Of a stretch of DNA of 50,109 nt, positions 26,059 to 35,054 are shown piece by piece. Each line of letters begins with the position of its first letter. Positions within the stretch are counted from its first letter, which is position 1. A program made the translations under genes and the position numbers. The notes beneath the pieces were generated by a model, which saw nothing but the letters and a program-made list of their open reading frames with translations, ran no database searches and was not told where the DNA came from. This DNA comes from an uncultured Leptospirales bacterium (GTDB lineage Bacteria > Spirochaetota > UBA4802 > UBA5550), in NCBI GenBank assembly GCA_964654045.1, contig CAZZHU010000007.1:1-50109 (forward strand), read 5' to 3'.

Positions 26059-27153
26059 TTATTTTCCCACGATTTCCTTCATCACTTCCTTCAGCAGATC
26101 GATTGATATCCGCTGATTAATAAACGGCTTCCCGAGCCCTTTCAGCAAGACAAAATTGATCGACCCGCCGAAATTTTTCTTGTCATACTCCATGTGGCCG
26201 ATGACGCCGTCCATGTCGAGGTCCCACCGTTCCCGCATCAACCCGTACCTGTCGATAATGTCCCGCGCCCGCGACGCCTCGACATCGGTGAGGAACCCGA
26301 GGCGCCGGGATATCTCCGTTTTAACGCGCATCCCCGCGGCCACCGCCTCGCCGTGCGACACGCCCCGGTACCCCAGGTACGACTCGATGGCATGGCCGAT
26401 GGTATGACCGAAGTTCAATATGGCCCTGAGATCGTTTTCCCGCTCGTCACGCGCCACGACGTCCGTTTTGAACGAAACGGAACGCGCCACAAGGCCGGCA
26501 GCTTCATCCCCCTTCCTGATCGACTGCGGGTCATTGCGCTCCAGCATCGCGAGGGTGGAAGCCTCTCCTATCAGGGCGTGCTTCAACGCTTCCGCGAGCC
26601 CGTTCCGGAACTCGCTGTCGGGCAGCGTATCAAGAAACCGCATGTCGCTCACGACCATCGCCGGCTGGTGAAAGATGCCCGCGATATTCTTTCCGACCGA
26701 AAGATTCACCGCCGCCTTCCCGCCGATGCTCGAATCGACCATGGCAAGGAGCGTCGTCGGCACATGCAGCACCGGGATCCCCCGCATATACACGCCGGCG
26801 CAGAACCCGGCAAAATCTCCCGTCACGCCGCCGCCGATGCCGATGACGGCCGACCTGCGGTTCATTTTAATCCCGATGAACTTTTCCAGGAACTCCCCGG
26901 CGCGGGCGTAGCTCTTGTCCTCCTCGCTGTCGTCATACAGGAGGAGACGTCCCCGCCCGCCGAGAACCGAGAGCGATTCGTCAATATAGTCGCGGTGAAG
27001 GCGGTATACCCGGGAGCTGGCGATGACGGCCACCAGTTCGAAAGCGCCCAGCTCTTTCCGGGCCAGTGAAACGGGCAGGATCGAGTTTCCTATGAGGATA
27101 TCATAGGACCTGCCTCCAGCCGCGGCGGTAATCGTTCGAGTCAGCTCTGCCAT
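26059..27153 (-). CDS. aroB: 3-dehydroquinate synthase
   Basis: GGGVTGDFAGF, LNFGHTIGHAIE and SHGEAVAAGM motifs. Confidence 0.9.
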   Translation of the reverse strand: MAELTRTITAAAGGRSYDILIGNSILPVSLARKELGAFELVAVIASSRVYRLHRDYIDESLSVLGGRGRLLLYDDSEEDKSYARAGEFLEKFIGIKMNRRSAVIGIGGGVTGDFAGFCAGVYMRGIPVLHVPTTLLAMVDSSIGGKAAVNLSVGKNIAGIFHQPAMVVSDMRFLDTLPDSEFRNGLAEALKHALIGEASTLAMLERNDPQSIRKGDEAAGLVARSVSFKTDVVARDERENDLRAILNFGHTIGHAIESYLGYRGVSHGEAVAAGMRVKTEISRRLGFLTDVEASRARDIIDRYGLMRERWDLDMDGVIGHMEYDKKNFGGSINFVLLKGLGKPFINQRISIDLLKEVMKEIVGK

Positions 27154-27605
27154 ACGCTACCCAGATAAAAATCATGCGCTTTCCCCTCGAGGATTGATAC
27201 CAGTGTCTCGTTGACGGGAGGATAAATCCGCATCGAGGAAACCTCCTGCTTCCGGAAGAACCCGTAATCATGAAGGCGCCGTTCCCTGCCGATACGGTAT
27301 TCCCCGTCGCGGTGCTCGCAGCTGAACGATATATTCAGGATGTGCCGCTTCCCGCGGGGATCAATTGAATCGCACATGAATGCCGGCCTGCCGACGCTGA
27401 TGGCGACGCCCAGCTCCTCCCGGAATTCCCGGCAGAGCGCCTCTGACAGCGACTCGCCGCGCTGGACACCGCCCCCCGGGAGAAGCCAGTATGTTTCATC
27501 TTTTTTCCTGTGTTCAATCAGAAGCAGGGCATCGTCCCGCATGATTATGCCGGACACGCGGACCGTGACATTTTTCCTGAAAATATCAAATATCAATGTC
27601 CCCAT
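27141..27605 (-). CDS. NUDIX hydrolase
   Basis: Nudix box GGGVQRGESLSEALCREFREELGV. Confidence 0.85.
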   Translation of the reverse strand: MGTLIFDIFRKNVTVRVSGIIMRDDALLLIEHRKKDETYWLLPGGGVQRGESLSEALCREFREELGVAISVGRPAFMCDSIDPRGKRHILNISFSCEHRDGEYRIGRERRLHDYGFFRKQEVSSMRIYPPVNETLVSILEGKAHDFYLGSVWQS

Positions 27606-28344
27606 CCTCGATCTTCTTCAGCGATGCCCGTGCCGCGTTCATTTCGGCTTTCCGTTTGCTGGGCCCTTCACCGGTCATGATCTCCCTGCCGTTGACAACA
27701 AGCCTGACGGTAAATTCCTTCATGTGATCGGGGCCCCGTTCCTCGATTACCTGGTAGACGGGCCGCTCCTTGTATTTTTTCTGGACATACTCCTGCAGGG
27801 CGGTCTTGGGGTCGCGCAGGTAGGTGAGATTATTGACACTGTCAATCTCTTCGCGGAGAAGCGAAAGGACGAATTTCCGGCTCATCTTCAGCCCCGAGTC
27901 CAGGTAGAGGGCGCCGATTACGGCCTCCAGGGTGTTCGCCAGTATCGAGGACCGCTCCCGGCCCCCGCTGTGCTCCTCGCCCCTGCCCATGAGGATGAAC
28001 TCACCCAGGTTCATCTCCCGCGCGATTTTCGCAAGGGTCGCCTCGGAAACGACGGCGGACTTGATCTTTGCCAGCTTCCCTTCCCGGTAGTCCTCGAAAA
28101 CCTTGAACAGGTACTCGTTGACCACAAGCCCGAGGACCGAATCACCCAGGTACTCCAGGCGCTCATTGTCTTTGACTGTTCTTCCTGATTCGTTGACGAA
28201 GGAACGGTGGGTCAGTGCCCGTTGAAGAAGGCTCTTGTTCTTAAACTTGATGCGTAAGCTTTTTTGAAGCCGGTCAATATTCCTGTTTTCGATCTTCTTT
28301 TTTTTCCGGTGGTCTTCTATAGTATGGTTGCTTTCCCGTAACAT
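27586..28344 (-). CDS. rnc: ribonuclease III
   Basis: ERLEYLGDSVL catalytic signature and a C-terminal dsRBD. Start chosen at MLRESNH (28342-28344); the ORF-track start at 28395 would overlap acpP. Confidence 0.9.
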   Translation of the reverse strand: MLRESNHTIEDHRKKKKIENRNIDRLQKSLRIKFKNKSLLQRALTHRSFVNESGRTVKDNERLEYLGDSVLGLVVNEYLFKVFEDYREGKLAKIKSAVVSEATLAKIAREMNLGEFILMGRGEEHSGGRERSSILANTLEAVIGALYLDSGLKMSRKFVLSLLREEIDSVNNLTYLRDPKTALQEYVQKKYKERPVYQVIEERGPDHMKEFTVRLVVNGREIMTGEGPSKRKAEMNAARASLKKIEDGDIDI

Positions 28345-28373
28345 TCGATTCCATCGGCCCCTCGGTACGGAGC

Positions 28374-28619
28374 CTATTTCTGATTTCCGATGCACGATTC
28401 CAGATATTTGACTACATCGTCGACCTTCTGAAAACCCTCGGCATCCTTTTCAAGTATGTCCAGTTTGAATTCGGCCTCAAAGGCCATCACCAGCTCAACG
28501 GAATCGATTGAGTCGGCCCCGAGATCATCGACGAACACCGCGTCGCGCGTGATCTGCTCTTCATCCACGTTAAGCTGTTTCATAATGATCTTCTGCACCC
28601 GTTCAAACACAGTCGCCAT
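28374..28619 (-). CDS. acpP: acyl carrier protein
   Basis: 81 aa with LGADSIDSVELVMAFE (phosphopantetheine Ser). Confidence 0.9.
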   Translation of the reverse strand: MATVFERVQKIIMKQLNVDEEQITRDAVFVDDLGADSIDSVELVMAFEAEFKLDILEKDAEGFQKVDDVVKYLESCIGNQK

Positions 28620-28724
28620 GGTATTCCTCCCTGACTGATGAAAACCGGCATGAAAAAGGCGTCCGCCACCATGCTATTGTTATGGGGCAATATAAAATTG
28701 TCAAGCAATTGTGCAATGATATGC

Positions 28725-28766
28725 GTTTCTGTTAGGGTGGGGTTTAAACCCCACCCTAACAGAAAC
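28725..28766. repeat. perfect 42-bp palindrome between rpmF terminator and acpP promoter
   Basis: gtttctgttagggtggggttt|aaaccccaccctaacagaaac has 21-bp arms, no mismatches and a TTTAAA centre. It lies about 20 nt upstream of a TTGACA (reverse complement of 28699-28704) -35 candidate for acpP. Confidence 0.8.
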
Positions 28767-28769
28767 GAC

Positions 28770-28801
28770 AAAAAAAGGATGCCTGCCGGGCATCCTTTTT
28801 G
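28770..28801 (-). terminator. rho-independent terminator downstream of rpmF
   Basis: aaaaaaa-ggatgcc-tgccg-ggcatcc-ttttt. The minus strand reads the hairpin followed by TTTTTTT. Confidence 0.7.
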
Positions 28802-28822
28802 ATGATTTCGATACTCGAGATA

Positions 28823-29014
28823 TTATTCTTTTATCTTGACCTTCTTTTCAACAATAACTTCTCCCTTGTATGAACCGCACTCGGGGCATACCCGGTGGGG
28901 GAGCACATACGCGCCGCACCTCGGGCAGGGACGCAGATTGGGTGCCCCGATCGCATCATGCGATCTTCTCATTCTCGATTTAGACTTGGATTTTCTTCTC
29001 TTTGGTAATGCCAC
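28823..29014 (-). CDS. rpmF: 50S ribosomal protein L32
   Basis: [19 protein letters not shown] followed by the CPRCG...CPECG zinc ribbon. GTG start at 29012-29014 with ggag upstream. Confidence 0.9.
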   Translation of the reverse strand: MALPKRRKSKSKSRMRRSHDAIGAPNLRPCPRCGAYVLPHRVCPECGSYKGEVIVEKKVKIKE

Positions 29015-29128
29015 GTTAAAACTCCATAATTACTATTTAATATGACGGCGCGGTATCAGGGATTCTCAATATTTTGCCGAAATTCTGTCAAGATATTTTT
29101 TTCTTTAAAATCCCCCGGCCCTCATCGA

Positions 29129-29839
29129 TCAGAGAGATCCCAGCATGAAGAGGCGCTTCCGCGCCTGCTGCGCATATACCGAATCCGGGAAGGACGCTAT
29201 CACCCTGTTGTAATAATTGCGGGAACTGACGATGTCCTTTTTCTTGCCATGAACCCGGGCAACATTGAAAAAGATCTGGTCCGCGATGATGCTGTCCGAA
29301 TAGCGGTCCTCGAGGCGCTTGTATATCTCAAGGGCCCCTTTCAGGTCATCGGCCTCTTCAAGGGCAATGGCGGCTTTTAACAGCGCCAGGGGCGCCAGGT
29401 TCGTCTTCGGCTTCTTATCGGCGAATGCTACCAGGTTCTTGTGCGCATCCCGGTATTCTTTCTGACCGTAGAGGATGTTCCCCAGGAGGTAATATGCCAT
29501 GGTATGGGAAAATCCGAAATAGGTGGAATCGATGAAGTTCTTCAGCTCCCCGGCCACTCCCTTGAGACTTTTGGCGTCCCCCACGGACGTATATTTCGCA
29601 TAATCGTTCATGATCTTCTCAAACTTCTTATCATTGCGCGTGCTGATCGTATCGACGACGACAATCGCCGCCACGACTATGACGCATGCGCCGAGCAGGC
29701 CGAGCATGGAATAGAGAACAACGGCGCGCTTTTTCTGGACGAATTCCTTCGTGTCCATGAGGAACTGTTCGATGACGTTCCGTTCGATTTCGATTTTTTT
29801 AGTTTCCCGTTCGGGTCTGTTACGCTGTTTCCGTGCCAT
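29129..29839 (-). CDS. membrane-anchored TPR-like protein (YfgM-like architecture)
   Basis: Basic N-terminus, a single TM helix (VVLYSMLGLLGACVIVVAAIVVV), then TPR-like helical repeats. Architecture-level call only. Confidence 0.55.
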   Translation of the reverse strand: MARKQRNRPERETKKIEIERNVIEQFLMDTKEFVQKKRAVVLYSMLGLLGACVIVVAAIVVVDTISTRNDKKFEKIMNDYAKYTSVGDAKSLKGVAGELKNFIDSTYFGFSHTMAYYLLGNILYGQKEYRDAHKNLVAFADKKPKTNLAPLALLKAAIALEEADDLKGALEIYKRLEDRYSDSIIADQIFFNVARVHGKKKDIVSSRNYYNRVIASFPDSVYAQQARKRLFMLGSL

Positions 29840-29842
29840 TAA

Positions 29843-31513
29843 TCACTTGTTCTCCAGGTTGATATTGACGAAATCGCCCAGCGTGACGGTGCTCGGTCTC
29901 GTCCCTTTCATGATCTTTTCCAGCTCTTCCTTCTCGGAGGCCGATTCGAAGCTCTTGATGCTGAGGGAAAGCCGCTTCTTCTCAACGTCCACGTCGAGTA
30001 CAACGGCGCTTACCGCGTCGCCGATTTTATAATGTTCTTCAAGGTTTTCGATGCGCTTTCTCGAGATCTCGGAAATGTGCACAAGCCCCTCGATATCGCT
30101 GTCCAGTTTCACAAACAGCCCGAAGAGGGTGATGCCGGAAACGGTCCCCTCGACCCGCGTCCGCGGAGGGTATTTCCGCTTGATCTCCTCCCACGGCGAT
30201 TTGGTAAGGTGCTTGATGCCGCAGGCTATCTTCATGTCGCTCGTATTGATTTCGAGGATCTTGAATTCAACCTCATCACCGGCCGCGTAGGTGCCCGGGA
30301 CGCTCTTTACATTGTCATCCCAGCATATGTCCGAGATATGGATAAGCCCGTCAATGCCTTCTTCCAGCTCGACGAACATGCCGAACTTCACTATCTTTTT
30401 TATCTTCTTGCGGTGTATCGAACCGATGGGGAACCGATCGTTGATGGTATCCCAGGGATTTGCCCTGAGCTGTTTGTATCCCAGCGTCAGTTTCCGGTCT
30501 GTCTGGTTTATATCCATGACCATGAACTCGTACGATTCACCCTTGATCAGCACGTCCTTGGCGCTGAAGCTGTTTTTATTCCACGTCAGGTCCGAGTTGT
30601 TGACAAAGCCCTCTATACCGTCGTCAATTTCAACGAAGGCGCCATGGCTCGTAAGGGTCACGACCTTTCCGGTCACCCGGTCGCTTGGCTTGTACCGCTC
30701 ATGTATGGAAAGCCACGGATCATCGGCCAGCTGTTTCAGGCCCAGTGAAATCCGGTGGTCGGCCCGGTTGATGTCAAGTATCACGAACTCCTGTTCCTTG
30801 CCGAGTTTCAGGACCTTCCGCTGCTTGAATACTTTTTTCCAGGACATGTCGTTCCGGTGCAGGAGGGCGTCAAGGCCTTCCACGCGCACGAATATCCCGA
30901 ACTCGACATACTTGACGCCCTCGCCCTTGACGACGTCGCCCGGCTTGTATTTTGCCGTGAAATTCTCCCACCGCGCTTCCAGTTCCTCGTCGAGGAATTC
31001 CTTGCGGGACAGGACGACCGACTTTTTTTTCTTGTCGATGCTTTTTATCTTGAATTCATATTCCGTGTCAGATTCGTTCTTGTTCTTCAGATCGGCCGTG
31101 AGGGAAAAGGGGAGGAAGGCTACGAGGCCGTTGCAGTCGATCAGCTTTCCCTTGTTGATGGAGCTCTTGATTCTCCCCATGATCGTTTTGTTCCCTTCGT
31201 TATACCAGTCCATGAAGGTCTTCCAGTGAAGCTCGGCGCTGGCCGAATTCTTGGAAAACTGCAGCATGCCGTCGATCAATCTCTTGTTCTGCAGCATCAC
31301 GGGGATGATGTCGCCGATGACAGGCTTATCCTCGAACTCATGGAGCGGGATCCTGCCGTCGGTCTTGGTGCCGACGTTCACGTAGGCGTATTCGCTGTCT
31401 ATGGTTACGATTTCACCCTGAACGATCATTCCAGGCTGAATATCATCCATGGTCGAATCAGCAACGTGTTCCATGTCGATGTTTTCATTTATTTCAGGTG
31501 TGAGATTCTCCAT
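29843..31513 (-). CDS. rpsA: 30S ribosomal protein S1
   Basis: Six S1-domain repeats (G.V..G.V..I...GAFV.I..G.EGL.H.S). Start at MENLTPE (31511-31513). Confidence 0.9.
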   Translation of the reverse strand: MENLTPEINENIDMEHVADSTMDDIQPGMIVQGEIVTIDSEYAYVNVGTKTDGRIPLHEFEDKPVIGDIIPVMLQNKRLIDGMLQFSKNSASAELHWKTFMDWYNEGNKTIMGRIKSSINKGKLIDCNGLVAFLPFSLTADLKNKNESDTEYEFKIKSIDKKKKSVVLSRKEFLDEELEARWENFTAKYKPGDVVKGEGVKYVEFGIFVRVEGLDALLHRNDMSWKKVFKQRKVLKLGKEQEFVILDINRADHRISLGLKQLADDPWLSIHERYKPSDRVTGKVVTLTSHGAFVEIDDGIEGFVNNSDLTWNKNSFSAKDVLIKGESYEFMVMDINQTDRKLTLGYKQLRANPWDTINDRFPIGSIHRKKIKKIVKFGMFVELEEGIDGLIHISDICWDDNVKSVPGTYAAGDEVEFKILEINTSDMKIACGIKHLTKSPWEEIKRKYPPRTRVEGTVSGITLFGLFVKLDSDIEGLVHISEISRKRIENLEEHYKIGDAVSAVVLDVDVEKKRLSLSIKSFESASEKEELEKIMKGTRPSTVTLGDFVNINLENK

Positions 31514-31608
31514 AGCATTCCATCCTGGCGTGTTTAATAACGGAACCGGATAACAGCTGCCATTACCCGTCAGGCGAGGCAGTCCCCTGTTCCCGGCCCC
31601 ATCCGGCA

Positions 31609-32280
31609 TTACCGTATTTGAAGAACCAGTTCCTTGATGCGGTCAACGACTTGATGCATCAGCATGTTCGAGGTATCGATATACACTGCATCGCCTGCCC
31701 TGACCAGCGCGCCGAAAGGCCGCCGCGAGTCCTGTTCATCACGCTGTATAATCTGTTTTTTGATTAGATTTTCGTCAACATTTTTTCCCAATTCCCGGTA
31801 CTCTTTAATCCGCCGCTCAGCCCTCACCTCCACCGAAGCGTCAAGGTAAATTTTGAGGTTCGCATCGGGGAAAACGACCGATCCTATGTCCCTCCCGTCC
31901 ATGATGATGGAATCCTCCCGGGCCCATGACCTGAGCATGGCGTTGACGTGGTTCCGGACGTCCCGGTTGTCCGATATTATGCCGATATTTCGCGCAATCA
32001 CCTCGTCCCGGATCAGTCTCGTGACATCGGTGCCGTTAACATAGGTCAGGGAGGAGCCGTCAGGCAGGAATTTCTGGCTGATATTCATCGCCGCTATATC
32101 GGGGGAGAAGGCAAAATTGCCGTTTATCGCGCCGTCCCGCTCCAGGACATACCAGGTTATCGAGCGGTACAATGCGCCTGAGTCGATGTATGTAAGCCCC
32201 AGGCCGACAGCGGCCTGCCGTGAAACGCTGCTCTTGCCCGAACCGGCCGGGCCGTCAACGGCGACTACGATTTTCTTCAT
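31609..32280 (-). CDS. cmk: cytidylate kinase
   Basis: VAVDGPAGSGKSSVSR P-loop and YIDSGALYR. Its ATG overlaps the tyrA stop (TAATG). Confidence 0.9.
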   Translation of the reverse strand: MKKIVVAVDGPAGSGKSSVSRQAAVGLGLTYIDSGALYRSITWYVLERDGAINGNFAFSPDIAAMNISQKFLPDGSSLTYVNGTDVTRLIRDEVIARNIGIISDNRDVRNHVNAMLRSWAREDSIIMDGRDIGSVVFPDANLKIYLDASVEVRAERRIKEYRELGKNVDENLIKKQIIQRDEQDSRRPFGALVRAGDAVYIDTSNMLMHQVVDRIKELVLQIR

Positions 32281-33152
32281 TATTTCAATCCGTCCCTGAT
32301 CTTTTTAGCGCGTAATAAATATTCATGGACCTGGCCCCCGTCGGGACCGGACCCGGAGATAACCTGTTTAAGGTGATTGAGTTCTTCGATCATACGGTCG
32401 ACCGCCCCGGAAATATTATCCCGGTTCTGGATAACGATGTCACGCCACATGTCCGGGGAACCGGATGAGATGCGGGTCACGTCACGGAATCCGTTCCCGA
32501 TAAAAGCATCTATGCCGGAGGGCGGCTCGTTGTCCCTGCGGAAAGAATGGAACACCTCGACGAGGGAACTGGCGACCACGTGCGGCAGATGGCTGGTGTA
32601 GGCAACGATGCGATCATGCTCTTCGGGGCTGACCGTGACGGTACGGGCGCCAAGCGATTCCCAGAAATCAGTCACGGCGGCGATATCGCTTTCCCGGTTA
32701 CCGGCGTGCGGCGTGATGATGACCGAGGAGCCGTTATAGAGATCATCCCGGCTGTACCCGTATCCGGTCTTCTCGGAGCCGGCCATAGGGTGGCACCCGA
32801 TGAACTGGGCGGCCCGGTCAAGGTCCCGGACCTCTCTGATGATTTTTTCCTTTACGCTGCCGACGTCAATCACGATCGTCCGGGGGTCCAGCTCGGCGTG
32901 GGCAAGGATCCTCCTGGTGATGCCGATGGATGAATCCACCGGCGTTGAAACGATGGCCAGTTCCACGCCGGAAAGGGAGATGCGCTCAAAGGTCCCGGCG
33001 GTATCTACGGTTTTTTCCGCTATGGCCTGCTGGAGCCGGCCGGCATCCCGTCCGTACGCGGCTATATTGATTGCGGGATTCAATTTTTTCAGTGCCCGGC
33101 AGATTGAACCGCTGAGCAGGCCAAGGCCGAATATGGCGACGTTATTGAACAT
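32280..33152 (-). CDS. tyrA: prephenate dehydrogenase
   Basis: N-terminal Rossmann motif VAIFGLGLLSG, GCHPMAGSE and SHLPH motifs. Confidence 0.85.
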   Translation of the reverse strand: MFNNVAIFGLGLLSGSICRALKKLNPAINIAAYGRDAGRLQQAIAEKTVDTAGTFERISLSGVELAIVSTPVDSSIGITRRILAHAELDPRTIVIDVGSVKEKIIREVRDLDRAAQFIGCHPMAGSEKTGYGYSRDDLYNGSSVIITPHAGNRESDIAAVTDFWESLGARTVTVSPEEHDRIVAYTSHLPHVVASSLVEVFHSFRRDNEPPSGIDAFIGNGFRDVTRISSGSPDMWRDIVIQNRDNISGAVDRMIEELNHLKQVISGSGPDGGQVHEYLLRAKKIRDGLK

Positions 33153-33160
33153 ATCTGATA

Positions 33161-33336
33161 CCCCCCTGTCCCCCGAGGGGGCATGTAGGATGGAACCTCA
33201 CTCGTTATATTGAATTCTACGAATCATTGTGCCTTGCACCCCCGTCCCCCGGAAGGAGAGCGGGGGAGCTGTCAATCTCTCACTAATTCAGCTGCCCACC
33301 CCTTTATTCGCGCCTCCTACGGGGGTCAGGGGGGGG
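33161..33336. repeat. cluster of three family A GC-rich palindromic modules between tyrA and pheA
   Basis: cccccctgtcccccgagggggc (33161-33182, +), cccccgtcccccggaaggagagcggggg (33239-33266, +), and cgcctcctacgggggtcagggggggg (33311-33336, inverted orientation). Confidence 0.65.
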
Positions 33337-33346
33337 TCATTCTGTC

Positions 33347-34396
33347 TTAGCTGCCGATCGGATACGAGCCGAGTATCTTGAGGAAAATCGTTTCTTCCTT
33401 CACCTTCTTCAGCGCCTTACGGACCGCCTCGTCTTCCGCGTGGCCCAGTATATCAATAAAAAAATTGTATTCCCACATCTTCTTTTTGTCGGGCCGCGAC
33501 TCGATCCTGGTCATGTTAATGCCGGCCTTGTTGAAAGGCCTGAGCAGATCCAGAAGTGCACCCGGCCTGTCCTTGACGGCGCAGACCAGGGAGGTCCTGT
33601 CGCGGCCGGTCGGTGCAACGGCCTTTTTCCCGATAAGGAAAAACCTGGTGTAATTCTGCCGGGAATCCTCGATCATCGAAGCGAGGGTGCCCAGCGTGTA
33701 TATCTCGCCTGCGAGCCCCGACGCGATGGCGGCGGCCCCCTCTTCCTGCGCCGCAATCTCTGCCGCGCGCGATGTGGAATCGACGCTCACGATCTCCGCG
33801 TGGGGGAGGTTTGCCCTGATCCACCCCTTGCACTGCCCCAGTGTCTGGGGGTGAGTATATATTTTTTTTACGGAGGATATCTCCCTGCTCCGTGACAGCA
33901 GACTGTAGGTTATGCGCACGTACTGCTCGGCCATGATCACCAGGCTCGTTTCCATGAGTTCGTCCATCGTGTAGGTGACCGCGCCCTCGGTGCTGTTTTC
34001 TATCGGCACGACGCCGTAGCCAGCCGCGCCGGACTCAACCTGGAGAAACACGTCCTGTATGGTACGCTGGGGAAGCGGCGTTATGGATTCGCCGAAGATC
34101 CCCTTGACGGCGATGGCGGTAAAGGTGCCCTCCGGTCCCAGAAAAGCGACATGGACCGGCGCAACGGCCGCCATGGATGCGGAGAGTATATCGGTATAGA
34201 TCCGCTTGATGGTGTCGCTGGCGAGGGGCCCGGCGTTGCATGATTCTATAAGGTCAAAAAGCCTGCTCCGGTCCTCCGCGGCAAAGTAATCGCCCTCCGG
34301 TCTTTTCCGGAGCCGCTGTATGTACAGCTCGGTCCTCCGCGATATCAGGTCGATGATCTCCCTGTCCATGTTCTCTATGTCGTCACGTTCCGCCAT
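33347..34396 (-). CDS. pheA: bifunctional chorismate mutase / prephenate dehydratase
   Basis: N-terminal CM_2 helix region, PDT domain (VAFLGPEGTFT) and ACT domain (TRIESRP...YNFFIDILGH). Confidence 0.9.
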   Translation of the reverse strand: MAERDDIENMDREIIDLISRRTELYIQRLRKRPEGDYFAAEDRSRLFDLIESCNAGPLASDTIKRIYTDILSASMAAVAPVHVAFLGPEGTFTAIAVKGIFGESITPLPQRTIQDVFLQVESGAAGYGVVPIENSTEGAVTYTMDELMETSLVIMAEQYVRITYSLLSRSREISSVKKIYTHPQTLGQCKGWIRANLPHAEIVSVDSTSRAAEIAAQEEGAAAIASGLAGEIYTLGTLASMIEDSRQNYTRFFLIGKKAVAPTGRDRTSLVCAVKDRPGALLDLLRPFNKAGINMTRIESRPDKKKMWEYNFFIDILGHAEDEAVRKALKKVKEETIFLKILGSYPIGS

Positions 34397-34397
34397 G

Positions 34398-35006
34398 CTA
34401 TTCGTCCCAGTTCAGGGAAAATTCCTTTATCTCCGAAAGCTTCGGAAGATCCGAGAGCTTGTTCAGCCCGAAATATCGTAAAAACTCATTGGTCGTTCCG
34501 TACGCCAGGGGCCGACCCGGCAGTTCTTTGCGCCCGACCGGCTTGACCAGTGTCCGCTCCATCAATTTCACCACCATCATGCGGGATGAGACCCCGCGGA
34601 GCTCGTCAATTTCGGCCAGTACGATGGGCTGCTTGTAGGCGATTATCGCCAGCGTTTCCAGCATGCCCTTGGAGAGGCCCTCCCGTTTCCTGACGCCGAT
34701 GACGCGCCGCAGCTGTTCCCCATACCGCTGGCTGGTGACGAACTGGTAGCCCTTGGCGATCTCCTGGAGCTTGATGCCGCCGTCGCGGTCCTCGTATTCG
34801 TCAACAAGCGAATCAAGGAGTATCTTTGCGTGGGTCGGTTCTATGGAAAAGCTGTTCACGAAGAATGACAGCGGCACCGGTTCGTTACTCAGGAAGAGCA
34901 CCGCCTCCAGCAGTCCTTTTATTGAATCATCATCCTTGTGGCTGTCATCCGGTTCGGATTCCCGGCCGTTCTTTTCGATGACATCATCTTGTATATTTTT
35001 TGCCAT
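34398..35006 (-). CDS. scpB: segregation and condensation protein B
   Basis: LEAVLFLSNEPVPL and GRPLAYGTTNEFLRYFGL motifs. Start at MAKNIQ (35004-35006). Confidence 0.85.
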   Translation of the reverse strand: MAKNIQDDVIEKNGRESEPDDSHKDDDSIKGLLEAVLFLSNEPVPLSFFVNSFSIEPTHAKILLDSLVDEYEDRDGGIKLQEIAKGYQFVTSQRYGEQLRRVIGVRKREGLSKGMLETLAIIAYKQPIVLAEIDELRGVSSRMMVVKLMERTLVKPVGRKELPGRPLAYGTTNEFLRYFGLNKLSDLPKLSEIKEFSLNWDE

Positions 35007-35054
35007 GCTACTGTTCCTTATCACGCGCGGTTCAATTATGGGACACCTCAAAAG

